A DNA stretch of 64,000 bases from the human T2T-CHM13v2.0 reference genome, Homo sapiens, in assembly GCF_009914755.1 (NCBI RefSeq), contig NC_060932.1. One strand, 5' to 3'. Made by a program: the position numbers and the translations under genes. Within the stretch, counting starts at the first letter, position 1; each line of letters opens with the position of its first letter. The notes beneath the pieces are model-generated. The model was not told where the DNA came from. It saw only the letters and a program-made list of their open reading frames with translations, and made no database searches. Shown here piece by piece: positions 45,362 through 61,055 of the stretch.

Positions 45362-47759
45362 ACAATGAGAACACATGGACACAAGGAGAGGAATATCACA
45401 CACCAGGGTCTGTCAGGTGGTGGGGGCTAGGGGAGGGATAGCACTAGGAGAAATACGTAATGTAGATGGCGGGTTGATGAGTGCAGCAAACCACCACGGC
45501 ACATGTATACCTATGTAACAAACCTGCATGTTCTGTACATGTATCCCAGAACTTAAAGTATAATAAAATAAATAAATAAATCACTCTGATAGACTTGTTT
45601 TTATGACTAATAAAGAAATAACATAGATAAGAGAGAGTAAGGAATGCTAAGCATGAATGATTCAAGAAAATTCTATAAGAAAAGTGATTGAACAAAGTGT
45701 TAGTATTTGTTTAAAAGTTTTATTTATTATTAATCATATTTTAATTGTTGACACATTGAAAATCATAGAATCAAATAGCACCTGCAATCTAACACCACCA
45801 CCTAGAGTTACACACAATAAAATTTTAGACTTCTTCCCATTATTTTTCTGACTACTTTTCCTTCATGTCATTGAGTTAATACTATATCTTATACTGTGCT
45901 TTTTGCCAGTTTATGTAACTAGCATTTTAAGTAATTCTGTGAACTTGAAGTATTTTTAGCAAACTCTAAATCTTTTTTACAAACATAATTTTCATAATTA
46001 TCATATGAAATTATATTTCATGGTATACTAGACCATGCTATAATGTTGGGTTTTTTTAGTCGGTTTTGGTATTCTAAATATAATTATTACAAAAACAATT
46101 ATAAGAAAGTTGTCTTCATAAATCTCTCTCCTCATTTAAAAGGATAATTTGGTACAGAATTCACAGAAGAAAGAATTTTATTTAATGAACAGAATTTTTA
46201 TTGAATAACCAGAGTTCAACACTTGCATGATGACAAGATAAGCATGTTAGGCCCCTGCAAGTGAATGTACAAAAGCATAAAATCTTCCCACACAATAGTG
46301 GTTTTAAGATCCACAAGCACATTATCTTGCTATTCCATAAAGGTAAGTCAGGTGATGAGGCAAAGCTGAAGAAGCATGTAGAAACTAGATTATGAATACG
46401 CTTTTATGCCATGATCAATAACTTATCTTTTATCCTGCAGGCAATGAAAATTCAATAAATGTTTGCTCAATATAATTGATTTACCCACTTAGGAAGAGTT
46501 TGCTTCCTTAAGTAAATAAGACTAGTAATGCGATATCTAGCAAGCGCCCCATTGAAAATATCTTTTCTTCGGGAAGTATACCTTATCTTCACAGCTGAAG
46601 TTAGAGGAAGCCCTCATATCCTATTTATTCATGTCTTCTAATTGGTTAGTAAATCCAAAAAATTATAGCAACAAATACTTTTTACAGATTTAGCACAAAT
46701 ACTGAGTGTTAATTTACTTTAGAACTTAGACAGATTCTTCAGTTGAAAACTTTTAGTTAGAGCCAAAGCCTCTTCTTTGACTAGAGATCCATTGATCAGA
46801 GTTCTACCTCTTGATCTTTTGCATAAACCACACCCATAATTTATAATATAAGATGCTAATTTATTCAAGATGAAGCAAACTGTTTGATATGCAAAGCACT
46901 CTAAATGCAGACTCCATCACTGAAAATGTTTGTAAAACACATTTCTTATTGATTTTTCCAATTCTCAAAATGTTTTTGGCTAATTTGATAGCAATATTTT
47001 TCTTAGGAACTCATACATAAAATTTTCTAAAAATGCATTAAATTTAGATTTTATTGTAAAAATAAGTTTCATTTCACATTCATATCATTAGGTTACTTAC
47101 TATTTAATGCTTTGAGTAGTCATATTAGTTAGTAAAACTGGCTTAATAAGGGTTGGAAACAACTGCAACTAATTCTTGATAAGAATCAACACCAAAGGAG
47201 GGAACAGAATGGCTGCTGGCTGTGGACATCAGTCACTCTGCCTTACAGAGGGAATGTAGGGCATTGCTAACCCAGCAAGCCTTTCAGTGGAGCTCTTGCA
47301 AGGAAGTTACCAATATGATTTCTCTTTTCTCCAAATTTCCAAAGCCCTTTATCTGAAACCGTCATCACTGTCTATGCAAATATATGATTACTTAGGTACC
47401 TGAATTTTCTCCCTTGACAAATCCATTTCTGGTATAGTTTTGTGTCCAGCATATGGAAACTTTCATTACATTTTTATCTTATTGTTGGCAAAGCTGAAAA
47501 GGTTGAACCAATTCCACATGGACTTTGAAAAATATAAATATTGTTCAAATTGATAAAGACTTTTCTGTGTATCCTATTACTACCTTGTGGGGGTTTCCCC
47601 ACATGTGCTTTAGTCATTTAAACTCTTCTATGCAATAAAAGTTTATAAACTACAGATTGTTATGGTTGAGTAGTGACTTTATATTGTTTTTAAGAAAAAA
47701 AAAATGTAATGATCACAAAAGAGATAATACAGAAAATGTTCCAAGACAATTGAGACCAG

Positions 47760-48248
47760 ACAGTCTTGGGCCAGCTCTTGTCCCTTTGCAAACTCCTGCT
47801 CTACATAACCTCTAAGCCCCCTGTTCTGACTCCTAGGATCTACTGCAGTCAATCCATCTAGCTCTACAGGCCAGAGGGATTTGTATAGCAGGAGGCCCCA
47901 TAAGAGGATTGGAGGGTGAAAGGAGACAGTGGCCAGGGAATTTTGATCCTGTCTCCCACTATACCTCAGCAGCAAAGTTATAGCAGTGGCTGTCCCTGAA
48001 CAACTCTATCTCCTGTGTGGCAACCTGGTTCCAAGAGGTTAGGTTCCAGAGGACTCCCAGAAAACCATGCTCTCTCCCTGTCCCATCAGATTTAAATTAC
48101 TAGTGGCTTCCTTAGGGGTCTCGACATTCCCTCATTGGTTCTCTTAGTCCCACCCATACTTCTGTAAAGAACCCCTCAACAAATTTTCTTCAAGATTTCA
48201 GCTGAGTATGTATGTATTGTATTTTCTGCCAGGACACCTACTGATACC
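47760..48248 (+). mobile_element. Ancient ERVL LTR (LTR33-like)
   Basis: aggattggagggtgaaaggag...cccacccatacttctgtaaa...ttttctgccaggacacctactgatac terminus. Confidence 0.55.
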
Positions 48249-48787
48249 ACTTCCAAATATTTGTCTATAAATCCCTGCATTAAGTTTCTTTTTCTCAAAG
48301 AAACTCAAGAGTTCTTACTTCTTTTTTCTACTTAATTTGCATTGCCTTTAGGTTTAGATGAGAACCTAGAAGTAAAAGCACTCTAGGTATTTAATGCAAC
48401 TTGAAAAATAATTTCACAGTACTTAAAAAAATGTAGCCTGATCTACCCTTTGACCCAGAAGTTCCACTACTTAAATTCTATCATTTAGTAATACTGGCCC
48501 AAGTGTTTAATGATACATCTCAGGGATCACAAACTTAAGGATTCACGAGAACCAGGCAGATACTATAAATGAATAAAGGCAGCTACATGCAATGTGATAG
48601 GAAAAGCAGAGACAGTAGCAAGTGAAATGAGTATTAACTTATAAATGCAGCAGGTTATACTCTGTCAAAGCAGAGTTTTTGCAATGCAAAAACTAGACCG
48701 ATAGCTATTGATCTTTAGGGTTTTCCTAGAGAAGCCCAAACTCTGGATTTTCATCTAAATTGCCTTGATTTATAAATGTTGACTCTA

Positions 48788-49171
<384 letters not shown>

Positions 49172-49631
49172 TTAGAGGCCAGTTTTTATCTTTGAAGGAT
49201 GAATAAGAAAGTTATTGGCTGCACTGTTTGTAATAGCAAATATTTAGAGAAAAATTAAATCGCAGTCATAAGGTAGATTTTATGATACATATCTTCTATG
49301 TACTAGTATGCCACAATTGAAAGAATAAGGCAGATATATATGCATGAACCAAAAAAAGGATATGCTATATACATTTGAGTTATTTTTAAACCAATTTCAA
49401 AAGTAACATAAAGATGATTATCTATTATTTAAAAGGATTCATGTAGTGAGATTGCGTGTGATGAATAACAAACATCTGGAAGAATACACATCAGACTTCT
49501 GCCAGTGCTTTAAATATGGTTGGTGGGAATGGTAACGATAGAGGTGTATTTACCCTTGTCTTTTCTGTTTTTGTTTTTTTGTGTTTGTATCTGTTATCAT
49601 TGAGTTTTTGTTTGTTTGCTTGTTTTTCGTG

Positions 49632-49761
49632 TTGAGACAAGATTGAGCAACATAGTGCGCTATGTTGTCTAGGGTGGTCTCTAATGCCTGGGCTCAAGTG
49701 ATCCTTCCACCTTAGCCTCCCGAGCAGCTGCAATTATAGGCACACACCACCATACCTGGCT
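49632..49761 (-). mobile_element. FLAM-type Alu monomer
   Basis: Reverse complement reads AGCCAGGTATGGTGG...GGATCACTTGAGCCCAGG...CAACATAGCG, preceded on + by a T-rich tail. Confidence 0.8.
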
Positions 49762-51931
49762 CTTTTTCTTTTGATTAATTTTCCTTCGAGTTATAATAGA
49801 TGTGTAATTAAAATAAATATAAAATTTTGCCACCAAATAGCTTTAGATTATTCTATTATGAACTAAAGTAATAAGAAATACTCAATAGTCACTAGATATG
49901 GACTATTAAGTTCTGCCAGGCATGTTTCTAAGTGATGTGCATGTATGAACTCAGTCAAAGCTCACAACAACTTTTGGGAGGTGGCTACTATTATGTTCCT
50001 CATTTGCTGTGGAGAAAACGAAGAGGTTAAGTGACTTGCTCAGAGTCACACAGCTAGTGATGGAGCTGGTACACAAATTATTAGTTTAGCTCAAAAACTC
50101 ACACAGCCCCAACAACACGGCGTAAATGCTGTCCATGAAACACCAATAATTAAAGAATGATTAAACATAAAATTAATGTTGCTTATTTTTATTCAAAAAA
50201 TATGTAAACTGAATTATCAAAAAACTCTGAGAATATTTTATTCAAGCTAAAATAGCTCTGTTTATTGGGAAGCAAACAACCCACAAAGAATTTTATGTAT
50301 CTCTTCTGTGTAAGTTTTTACTAAGGCTTAAGAATTTATAGATTTACCTCTATCCAAGCTAAAATAGCCAATAACTGTCTTTTAAATATTCAGCCAAAGA
50401 AGAAACACTTCACTTTCCAAGATGTTTTGGGGTAGACGCCAAAATCATGATTTAAAGAGAGATTGAAGCCATTTTATCTTCTGGGGAGAAAAGCATAGTT
50501 GACCTTGTAAAATCAAAGAACAATAAAGTAGATCAAAATATCTTGAAGACATGTCTCGTAACATTGAATATTTCTCTTAAGTATGACTACAATAGACATG
50601 TCTACAAAGAATCACCCATTGTTAGGCCATATGGGGTTGGTACACAACAAGCAATATGTTAGAACATGCTAAAGTGACTTTAGAATTTGCCCTTTATGAG
50701 TTCCTACACCTCGTTCAGTTTTATCCAGCATTAGTCAAGGCAGAAGGAATGAGTTTTGACAAGAGGAAAGATTATAATTTTGCCATTAGTACTTGCCAGA
50801 GAATGGCATAATTGTGGCAAGAAAGATCTCTGTGGTCTATGGTTAATTTAGTATTTAAATTATACACATCTACCAACAAATGAAACATGCCATACTTTCC
50901 TTCTGTCCTTAAGTATTCATAGTTCTCACCCTAATCCACTCAATCAAACATAAGAGCTTATCTGCAGGGCATTTTCAAGGCATCAAAACAAATTACTCTT
51001 TGCTCTTTTGCTTTTGTTTTTTGCTTTGCTAAAAAAGATAACTAGATATATTGCATATTCCTTTATCTGGGAAATTCTAAAGTTGTTAAAATGGATTCTT
51101 AAATGCCTTAAACGTAAGAAAAAAGAATGTGTAAAAACTTAACTCAAAAATATCAATTTTAAATTATCAATTGAATACATGAAAAATAACGGAAGAGACA
51201 CTTCTGTGCTTAATTCTGCTGAATAACTGGAATTCATTCAAGAGATAAAATGGAGCTACCAAGTTAAAATTGAGAGAGAGAAAATGGTTTGAGAGAAAAC
51301 GCAGCTCATTTGTTAATTCTCTTCTGTTTGCCTCTTCCCTCTGTGGTCATCCATATTGAGTCACAAAACACGAAGCCATTTTCCAGAGATAAAAGTACAA
51401 TGGATGGAAGACAGGCATAAAATTGTCAATACTAAGATCAAATCTTTACCTATCTCAAGGACTAGAGCTGATAGATTGCCAGATATCTGAAGCAAAGGAG
51501 CAATTTAAGAAAGAAAGAAATAGACCAAGACCAAGAGGCAGATACTTACCTCCCCAGAGAAGCCACATTACACTTGCAAACCAGACAAAAGCTACAGATA
51601 AATGAGAATAAAATACTCTAGAATATTTACCTCAAGGATTCCACATACCAGAGTTAGCCCTTCCAACAGTTCTTATCCTGACTGGTTTCCATATTTAACA
51701 CTTTCTTTGCAAATCCAACAGAACATTTGCAGCCCCAGAGGTTTCTTCAGGATTGAGAATTCCAGAGATTAATGTAAATGTTGATCTCTTTCCACTCCAT
51801 ACCAACAGTTCTTAGAATGTTGAAGAAGTCGTAGAATCATGTGTCCTCTTTAGGATGTTATAAATACTATAGACCATTTCCCCCAGAAAAATACACAGTG
51901 CAATTAGCTACAATTTCATGGTAACTGCTAA

Positions 51932-52335
<404 letters not shown>

Positions 52336-53175
52336 CATTTATAGTTTTAATCATCACTTAAAGGCAAATAACTGCTAAGTCTATGACTTTAACCTCACTC
52401 CTAAGGTCCAGAAACATAACATACCAGTTGCTTTTTAGACATTCAAACTAGAATCCCATGGTAGCTGGGTCTAAGTTGTGTGAACTATTTAGAAGTAGGG
52501 ACTTAATATACCCAGGCTTGACTCTCAACTCCATGACCAATAGTATTTCTGATTTCTCATGATAATTGTATATATTTCATTAGGCTGTAATGAGAACTAA
52601 TGCGTTTGTATATGTGAAGCACTTGGCACAATATCTAGCGTAAAGTTAATGCCAAATAAACGTTACGTTGCTATCACCTTTCTTATTAGCATTAACGCAA
52701 TATCCAGATTAATATTAATATGAATATTAGCAATATCAATTCAATATTTATATAACAGAACTCTCCATGTATTTTCTAAAACCAGATACTCAAATATTTC
52801 TCTATCCTTCATCTATTCTCTCTTCCTGAAATCCTCTTTCCAGTGTATTTTATTAGCAACTCCTACTTTCTTAAAACAATTCTGGTTTAATATTACTACC
52901 TTTAGAAAGATTTTCATAACACCCATTCCACTAGATCAGGCAGAATTACTTATTCTTTTCTATGTTCCATCCTGTGAATACCCATAACATACATGACCTA
53001 CATCCAATTCAATAACTGCCATAAAATATTGTAATAGTTAGACCTCTATATCTGTGACAAATTAGTAGGGAGTGTGTCTCATTTAGCTCAGCAAGCCTAG
53101 GGCAATCACAGTGCCTAACATACACTAAGTACTCTCAAAGAAGTATTGAGTACATCCAGATAAAATCAAGGACAC

Positions 53176-53326
53176 TTTTTGTTTTTTAAACTGTTACCCA
53201 GGCTGGAGTGCAGTGGCTCCATCACAGCGCAGCTTACTGCAGCCCCAACCTCCCAGGCTAAAATGATCCTCCCACCTCAATCTCCCAAAGTGCTGAGATT
53301 ACAGGTACGAGCCACTACGCCCAGCC
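53176..53326 (-). mobile_element. Alu monomer-length hybrid (AluJ with inter-arm deletion)
   Basis: Right-arm text (CCCAGGCTGGAGTGCAGTGG) joins directly to left-arm text (CCCAAAGTGCTGAGATTACAGG); GGACAC on both flanks. Confidence 0.75.
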
Positions 53327-54806
53327 AGGGACACAATTTTTGATAGTAAATAAAATATAACCTAACAATCATCCTCTCTATCCCCTACAGTAGTTCTGAG
53401 TGGGAAAATAATGTAAGAAAAACTGCTGATCATTCCTGAGAATGGAAACATCAGAACTTTATCATTGAGGTATTATTTCAAAGAAAAGCAGTCATGTCCA
53501 AAAATGTCAAAGTGACCCTGCCCTTTCATCAGTCATGTAATTAAGGCACTTTGCTTACAATCGCCAATTGCGTGTAAGACATGAAACACCAACAAAGTAC
53601 CAAGACAAGGGACTAAATTTACGGTCACCAAATCTCTTAATTTCTTAATGTTTCTATTCATCTCAAGATGTGTTTTCCTAAAAACAGCTCTTACATTTTT
53701 TAGAGTTTTCTATTCACAAATGCCACATGAATCCATACTTATGATATAAAATATGACTCTCACATGAACATTGCTGTTGTACTCTACACATTCAAAGATA
53801 GCGTGCCTAAATGCATAATTCATTGCCATCAATTTATAGGCAAAAATATAAAATGTCTAAGAAAATGCTTCATAATATGTCTCTAACTTCCTGGCATTTG
53901 ACAAAATTAAGTTACAGAGTTTAACCAAAGGGGAAAATATTTCTAAATTGAATCTATTTGTGATATACTGGTTTAAAATGCGAAACTGCCAACATATTCT
54001 GTTTACTCCCTTGGCATCTGCTGCATCTGCCAACTGGTGGCCAAAAATTAAAGCAGACTTAACTAATTAGAAGGGTCCCCATCTGGTAGCTGAACTTCTT
54101 GTTTATGTGTCCTTTACATCCTAAGTACAGAGATTCGAACCAGAACTTTTGTGGTTTATAGCAGAGGAGGCTGTCTCTGGCTAGCCTGCTAGCTATTGTC
54201 CTGCTGAGCTGAACTTGGCCCAGATGGAAGTGTTTTCTATATTTTATGGCCTCTGTCCCTGTGTTCCCTTTGGGATGAATCATCGTCTTTGCCACAGGAG
54301 TTTCCATTGTCTCTCCAAACACTTTTTTCATTCATTTTTTTCTCCGTAGGCCGAGATCTAGGACTATGAGTACTTTATTGAGAAATAAAAGCTTTCAAAA
54401 GAATCCATGATTTGGCAAAGTCAATACTACCTTCGTAAGAATAAAACTGGAGAAAATAATTAAAGTAAAATATCCTAGTATCGTTTATTTCTTCATGGTT
54501 TTTATTTAATCTTTGTGAGTATAGCTTCAGAAAAAAAGCAAACTCCTGGCAGGATCAGGAAACAGATACATTTGTATGCTTTGGATAAAGACTTCTGTGG
54601 GAATTCTGGCCCCGCCTGTCATTAGTTGTGTATTCCTCAGAAAAATGACCTAACCTCGCTAAACCTCAGTTTCCTCATATGCAAATTTAGAACAATATTT
54701 TAATTGCTATTTCATAGGATTGTGATGATTAAATAATAAATTATGTGTGACATGCTTAGCACCAATACTGGCATAAAGAAAACTGGCCATAAGAACCTCT
54801 ACTATT

Positions 54807-55158
<352 letters not shown>

Positions 55159-56189
55159 TTATTTTTAAAATATTATAACCAATATTCCTTCCAAATGTAA
55201 TGCAATACACCTTGTACCAATTGGTTGTTTTGAAGCTCAGATATTTTTCTATATTTTTAAAGTTTCTCTTAGAGGCATTTTGATTTCCCTGAGCACATTC
55301 CTGTCAATATTAGAGGAAGATTAGCAACATGATGGGTGGCTAAAGAAGGCAAACATGAGAAGATCTTGTTAGAAAGAGAAACAGAAGTACTCTATTCACT
55401 TTATCATCTTTTTGTCTATTTTCCAATGTTATTTTTTTCACTAAGCAAGCAAGAAGTGATAGTAAATTTGTAAACAAACTTACTTGGAGGGTGTTGAGGA
55501 GTTATTCAACATCTCTTGAACACCTATTATGTGCCAGCCCAATTTTAAACCTGGGAATAGAAAGACGAGTAAGGCATGATCTCTATTTGCAAAGAGTTTA
55601 CAGTGTGTAAGGGGGGAGCCAGGTATATAATAAATAAATAGGTTTCCGTATAAATAACCCACACCTGTGTTATAGTGTCTGGGAACACCTCTGAGAGTAG
55701 TGACTACTGAGATAAAGTCTAAATAATTCATAACAGTTAGAGGAGCTTCATATAATAAATGAAAGATATTACAGTTAAAAAAAAAGCAGTGTGAGCTCAA
55801 TTATGGAGTGGAGGTGAGACGAGAAGATGTTCTGTGTTAATACAAGTAGTTTAGAATTGCTGGAACCTAGAGTGCATGACTGGCAGCATAGAAGGCAGAG
55901 ATGAAAAAGGTGGCAGTGACCCATTGCAGAAGGCTTCTGTAGGAGTTCAATGGCAGTGAGCAGCTATTGAAAGGTTTAAAATAGTGAAGTGGCAAATAGA
56001 TGTTCATTTTAAATGACTCTCAGCAGCATTGAGGAGGACCAATCTGAAGTAGTCAAGATGAATTTTCTGCAATTCAGGCATTAGCTAAGGAAAAACACCC
56101 TCAATTAGGGCAGTAAGACCCTGAATAGAATAGCTATGACAGACCTCAGGAAAGGATCATGGAACAGGGAGGCCTTGGTGTTCTAACAA

Positions 56190-57240
56190 TGTTAATGTTA
56201 GATATAGTGTGATAAATCTGGTACAACCACAGGAGCAAATGAGAACAAGGCTTGGAAGGAAGAAATGTGTTACACCCACAGGTCCCAGAGAATAGGCCAC
56301 CACACAACATGCAGGGCTATAGAGGAAAGTACTAGTGTCCATCAGGAGTCAGGGGAGAGCTTAGGCCATGGCCTTTGCTAGAGTTCCCTTAAGAAAGGCA
56401 AGATAGGGCAAGGTGAACAGTGTAGGATTGGCTAGTTTAAATAATTTCAGCAGCCTCTAAACTACAGGACTGGTTTCCAGTAGCCTGGTGCCTGGTCCTG
56501 GAAATGATCAAGGCAGAGGAACATTGCCCCTTGCATGTACAGGTCAGACAGAGGAAATAAGGCTCCAAACTGGTTAGTTTGCCTATCAAAGACTTTGTCC
56601 CAGCTGAGCCTTTTGCTAGTCTAAGAACCGGCTAGTAACAAAGATTTTCTCTTTACCCAAGCTCTAGACAGTTTCCTCTGAACCCTTTCTTGTCTAGACC
56701 TCAACCTTGGTCTCTAAAGACTCAACCAAGACATTAACATAACTTCTGACAGCATAAAGCCACATCACTAGGATGAGTCTATCCCTCTTGAAGTTCCTGC
56801 CTGAGAAAACACAGGCTGCCAAAATAATTTAGTTTGTTTCTGCCAACACAACACCTTTAGATAGGACTCTAGTCTCCCAGTCTCTTTGTTAACTTCAATA
56901 AGTGCCAGTTCCAAACCCAAGGACCAAGCCCTTCTTCCTGCTTTTGTAATTTTTTTACTTTTCTGACTCTACTGCGCCCCCCATTCACTTCCCTCCCTGT
57001 TCCCTCATTCTCCCTTTAAAACATTCAATCACTTTTGTACAAAATGAAGTTGAGTTCAGTTCACGTGAGCTTTTTTTCTCTATTGCCAAAGTATATTACT
57101 GATTAAAATCTGTCCTTACCACTTTAACTAGTATGTGGCTTTGTTTATATTTGACACTAATCCTGGGAGGGGCAGTGGAAAGGGTTTTTAAGATGACAAA
57201 ACATCACAATATATAGAAAACAAAAAATATATACAATATA
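56190..57240 (-). mobile_element. Old ERVL LTR (MER54/MER74/MER88 group) split by a MER67-like LTR, all within an L2
   Basis: aggattggctagtttaaataatttcagc...ctggttagtttgc. The element resumes after 57160 (cctgggaggggcagt...). Confidence 0.55.
56636..57156 (+). mobile_element. MER67/MER31-group ERV1 solo LTR
   Basis: TAACAAAGATTTTCTCTTTACCCAAGCTCTAG start, ATTAAAATCTGTCCTTACC...TTTGACA end, TSD CTAG/CTAA. Confidence 0.75.
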
Positions 57241-60200
57241 CTTGGTGACTTATCAGATCTGGGGCATGTGTCAGTGTGGTGAGGGTGGCATCTTAACTTG
57301 TAAGTGGGCAACTGGGGATAGTGACACCACATACAAAACTAGAGAACAGTGGAAGAAATGCCAGGCTAAGTAGAAAGATGAAGAATTTAGTTGAATTCAA
57401 AGTGTCTATTGCACATGGTGGCATAAGATGAGGGGGAGGGGGCAAGTTCTCAGTCTATTGGCTATCATTAAAATCATGTGAATGAATGAGAATATCCAGA
57501 AAATGCATAGAATGAGAGAAGGGGTACTTCAAGAATAAAAATCTGGGGGAAAATTCACTTTTAATGAACAAAAAGAGGAAAAAGAACCCACAAAGATGAT
57601 AGAGAAGCAACAGTGATAGAGGAGAGTCAAGAAAGCGTAGAATCATTTAAGCCAAAGACATAAAGCACTAGAAGGAGAACAGTAGTGACAAATGCATAAT
57701 GGCGATCCCATGACAAAACACAAAGTCTAAACTGTGTAGTGATAACTGGATTTTGGAGTCAGGTAGCTTGAGTTCAAGTCCCGCTTTCACAATTTACCAT
57801 TTGTGTGACTTTGGGAAAGTTATTCTAAGACTGTAATATTCAGTTTCCAAGTCCATAAAAATAATGTAATATATCTCCCTCTGAGATTTGTTGAAAGGGC
57901 AAAATTGAACAATGTTAGTAAAGCAACTAGCACAGTGCTGGACAGATAATTCCTCCAATAAGGGCATCTATTTTGATGGAGGGTTGTTTTCCCCCTTGAA
58001 AATGTTAGTACTATAAAATGATCTCATAGTTTAAATGTTCTAATTAACAAATTAGAGTATGATCTCTGCAAGCTCATTATTTTAATATGAGTACTGTGTG
58101 TTAATCATTCCCCAAACACCTGGTATGTACCTTCACATATGTATTAATGAATGAAGCATAATTAAAAAGGCAATTTGCAGTCAATTCTTATAATCATAGG
58201 TCTAACACGTTATCAATCTGGGTAATATCTTTAGATACAATGGAAGTTAAAGAATTGCAATCGTGCTTTAATGGATCTTTGATGGAGGATTTATCACATT
58301 ACATGCAACATACTTTAAACATTTAGGAAAGTTTGGCTCTAAAGTGGAAACAATAGTTTGCTTGGCTGCCCAAATCCTCTGTTCTCCTTCCCGTAATTTA
58401 GGTACAAACTACCTGTCACAGATGCTCTAAAAGAAGTCAAACAGAAAAACATGAGACATATAAGAATCAAAAAACAACATAGCACACAGTAAAGGCACAA
58501 ATACAATTTGAGTGTTGACCAGATCAAATGCATTATCCTAGGTCCTATAAAGTACCCGTAAAGAGACTGCCTAGAAGAAATACACCCTCTAGTAGCAGAG
58601 ACATGACACATCAAAATAAAGAGGAAGAAACCACATCAGCGTAAGCCCCTTAGAAAATGCTTCATGAAGAAGATTTTATTAGAGATTAAATATTAAATAA
58701 AAAGTAAACCTTGTAATAAGTAGATTTGTTCAAAAATATATGTCGTATGTCTCTGTGTCTGGCATTATTTTTAAGGTTGAAGACTTAGTGGCAAAAAGCG
58801 TTTCTCAGAGGCAATGGCTTGTTTGCTAAGCATCAATTGAGTCAGCTGGGAGAGAAGAGCAGTCCGTGCAAGAATCAGAATCTTTCAAGATGTGAATATT
58901 TTATGTCAGTAAAATAACTCATTTGATAACATTACAATTGATACAATTCACATGGTTCTTACTATTTCACTGCCAGCACCCTGTATACAATTTGTCAAAA
59001 TACATGAGTAATAGATGGCCCCAGAGCCTATCTTACCCTGAGACCCCTGTTGTTCTACTTAACTAGTCTGGATCATCATGAATTTCTGTGGGAAACAAGC
59101 ACGGCATAATACATTAAGAATATAGTAATAAAAACCTTGACAGAGCCCTGTTACTATTGACAGGCACTTCCTACCTCAATTGTAGTCATGGAATCTTATC
59201 TAATGTGGAGTCAATTGGGTGTTTACACCAGTTAATTGTGTCTGGAGAGAGAGTCATTGGTGCTGCCTTTTTTTTTTTTTTTTTTACCTTATCAGGCTTT
59301 CTCAATCTTAGGATACAAGTTTCTGTCCATATATAAAGAGGCAAACTCACAATAACCCAAATGTAGCACAGGCATAATTGACTGATCATCATTGGAACTG
59401 CAAATATCTAATTTTAATAATACTTTTTAATATATGTATTTCTAGGTATATTTTAGTCATTTTTACATAATGCAATGTTTTAAAAATTCTAAATATTTAA
59501 AAATACATAATGAAATATTAGGCAAAACTACACCAAAGTGCCAGTTTTGTAGATCGAAAACAGGTGATTTCATGTGGTCCAACCTAACAGACAGCTGGGA
59601 AAATATCATATGCAAATATCAAATGTAATATAAGATCCACATATCCAGCTAACAGAAAAATATAATTGAACCATGTACCAAAACTCATAAAACCTCTCAG
59701 CCAAACAGGTAAATTATCCTTACCTGTGCACCTTTTGATGATCTTAGTCCCACCTCCCCACCATCTCAACACTGCCATGGAGGTAACTACTACCTTAAAA
59801 ATATCGGTTATCTCTACAAGTTATTTGTTTATACTTTATTCAAACAGTGCCATCACAATCATTCTTGTACAAATTTTCCTGAGCACATGCACATGAATTT
59901 TTCTAACATAATACCAAAGAGTAGAGTTGCTGTCTTATAGTGCATGTATATTTTGTGCATCTCTGAATATCACCAATGATTTTCTAATGTGGCTGTTATT
60001 ATTTATATATTGGGCCAGAGTTAAAAGTTAACATGGCTCCACATTTATACCAAGACATAATGACCAAACATTTTAATTGTTTCCAATCTGAAGGATATAA
60101 AATGGTCTGTCTTCATGTATTTCACCTGCATTTTCTCGTTTACTGCTAAAATAATTGTTAGATATAAATGATACAGTTTCTAAAATTGAGCTTAGGTTAT

Positions 60201-61055
60201 AAATCTACTCTAGGCTTATGAACTATCTGGGCATGTCTGGAAGGCTATAAAAAGGAATCACTTGATGTCTATTTGAATGAGACCTAGGAATCTCTTGAGG
60301 GACATAGGGAATTCCTGTGCAAAATCTTAGCATAAAGCCATTTGGATAACAGCTAAGCAGAGAAGGTGAGTTTGGATATTGTTAAGGATCAAAGCCAGTG
60401 TTCTCTACCATTTACTCCTCTGGATCTGCCTTGTGGACTCATAAATGAATCCTAGATAGAGAAAACAACCATAGAAAAAAGTTTTTGTAAAGAATTTATT
60501 TTGTTCAACTCTCTAAGACACTGGAAGATGAAGGTCACAATGCTTTGAAGTTTCTGCAAAAGGGTGTATTACAAGTGGCACACTCATAAGGTCTGCCATT
60601 TTCCTCTGCTCTCTAGCCCTAGAGCTGACCAAGGTGCTGGAAGACTTTGACCCCAACGACCCATTGACATGCCTACTACTGAAGATTCAGGTTACCAAAC
60701 ATATGCCAAAGCTTCAAACAACATTCTTCCCACAGTTCTTCTGTTCCAGATGTGAGACTAGGTTGGCTTCTTCTCAGACCACCCCGTTTAGTGCAACAAC
60801 CTCTCCCTTTCTTGTCACTTAAAATAATATAAGCTATACCCTTACAATGTAAGATAAAATATAAAAATAGAAGGAAAGAACATTTGGGCATTATGTTCTC
60901 GCATGCATTGTGATACTTTTTAATTTATGTACCTAAATAGACACAAGAGCAATTACATTGACTTGATTGTGACGGTCAGTTTCAAAAGGTTTAAAGTACT
61001 AAGAAAAGAAGAATATAAATAAGAGGGAAAATGGTAGAACTTAACATTTTGAAAT

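Noticed and set aside
59285-59395. Possible C/D-box snoRNA on the minus strand (ATGATGA ... CTGA, ~100 nt)
   Set aside because: No terminal stem or recognisable rRNA guide, and these short boxes arise often by chance.
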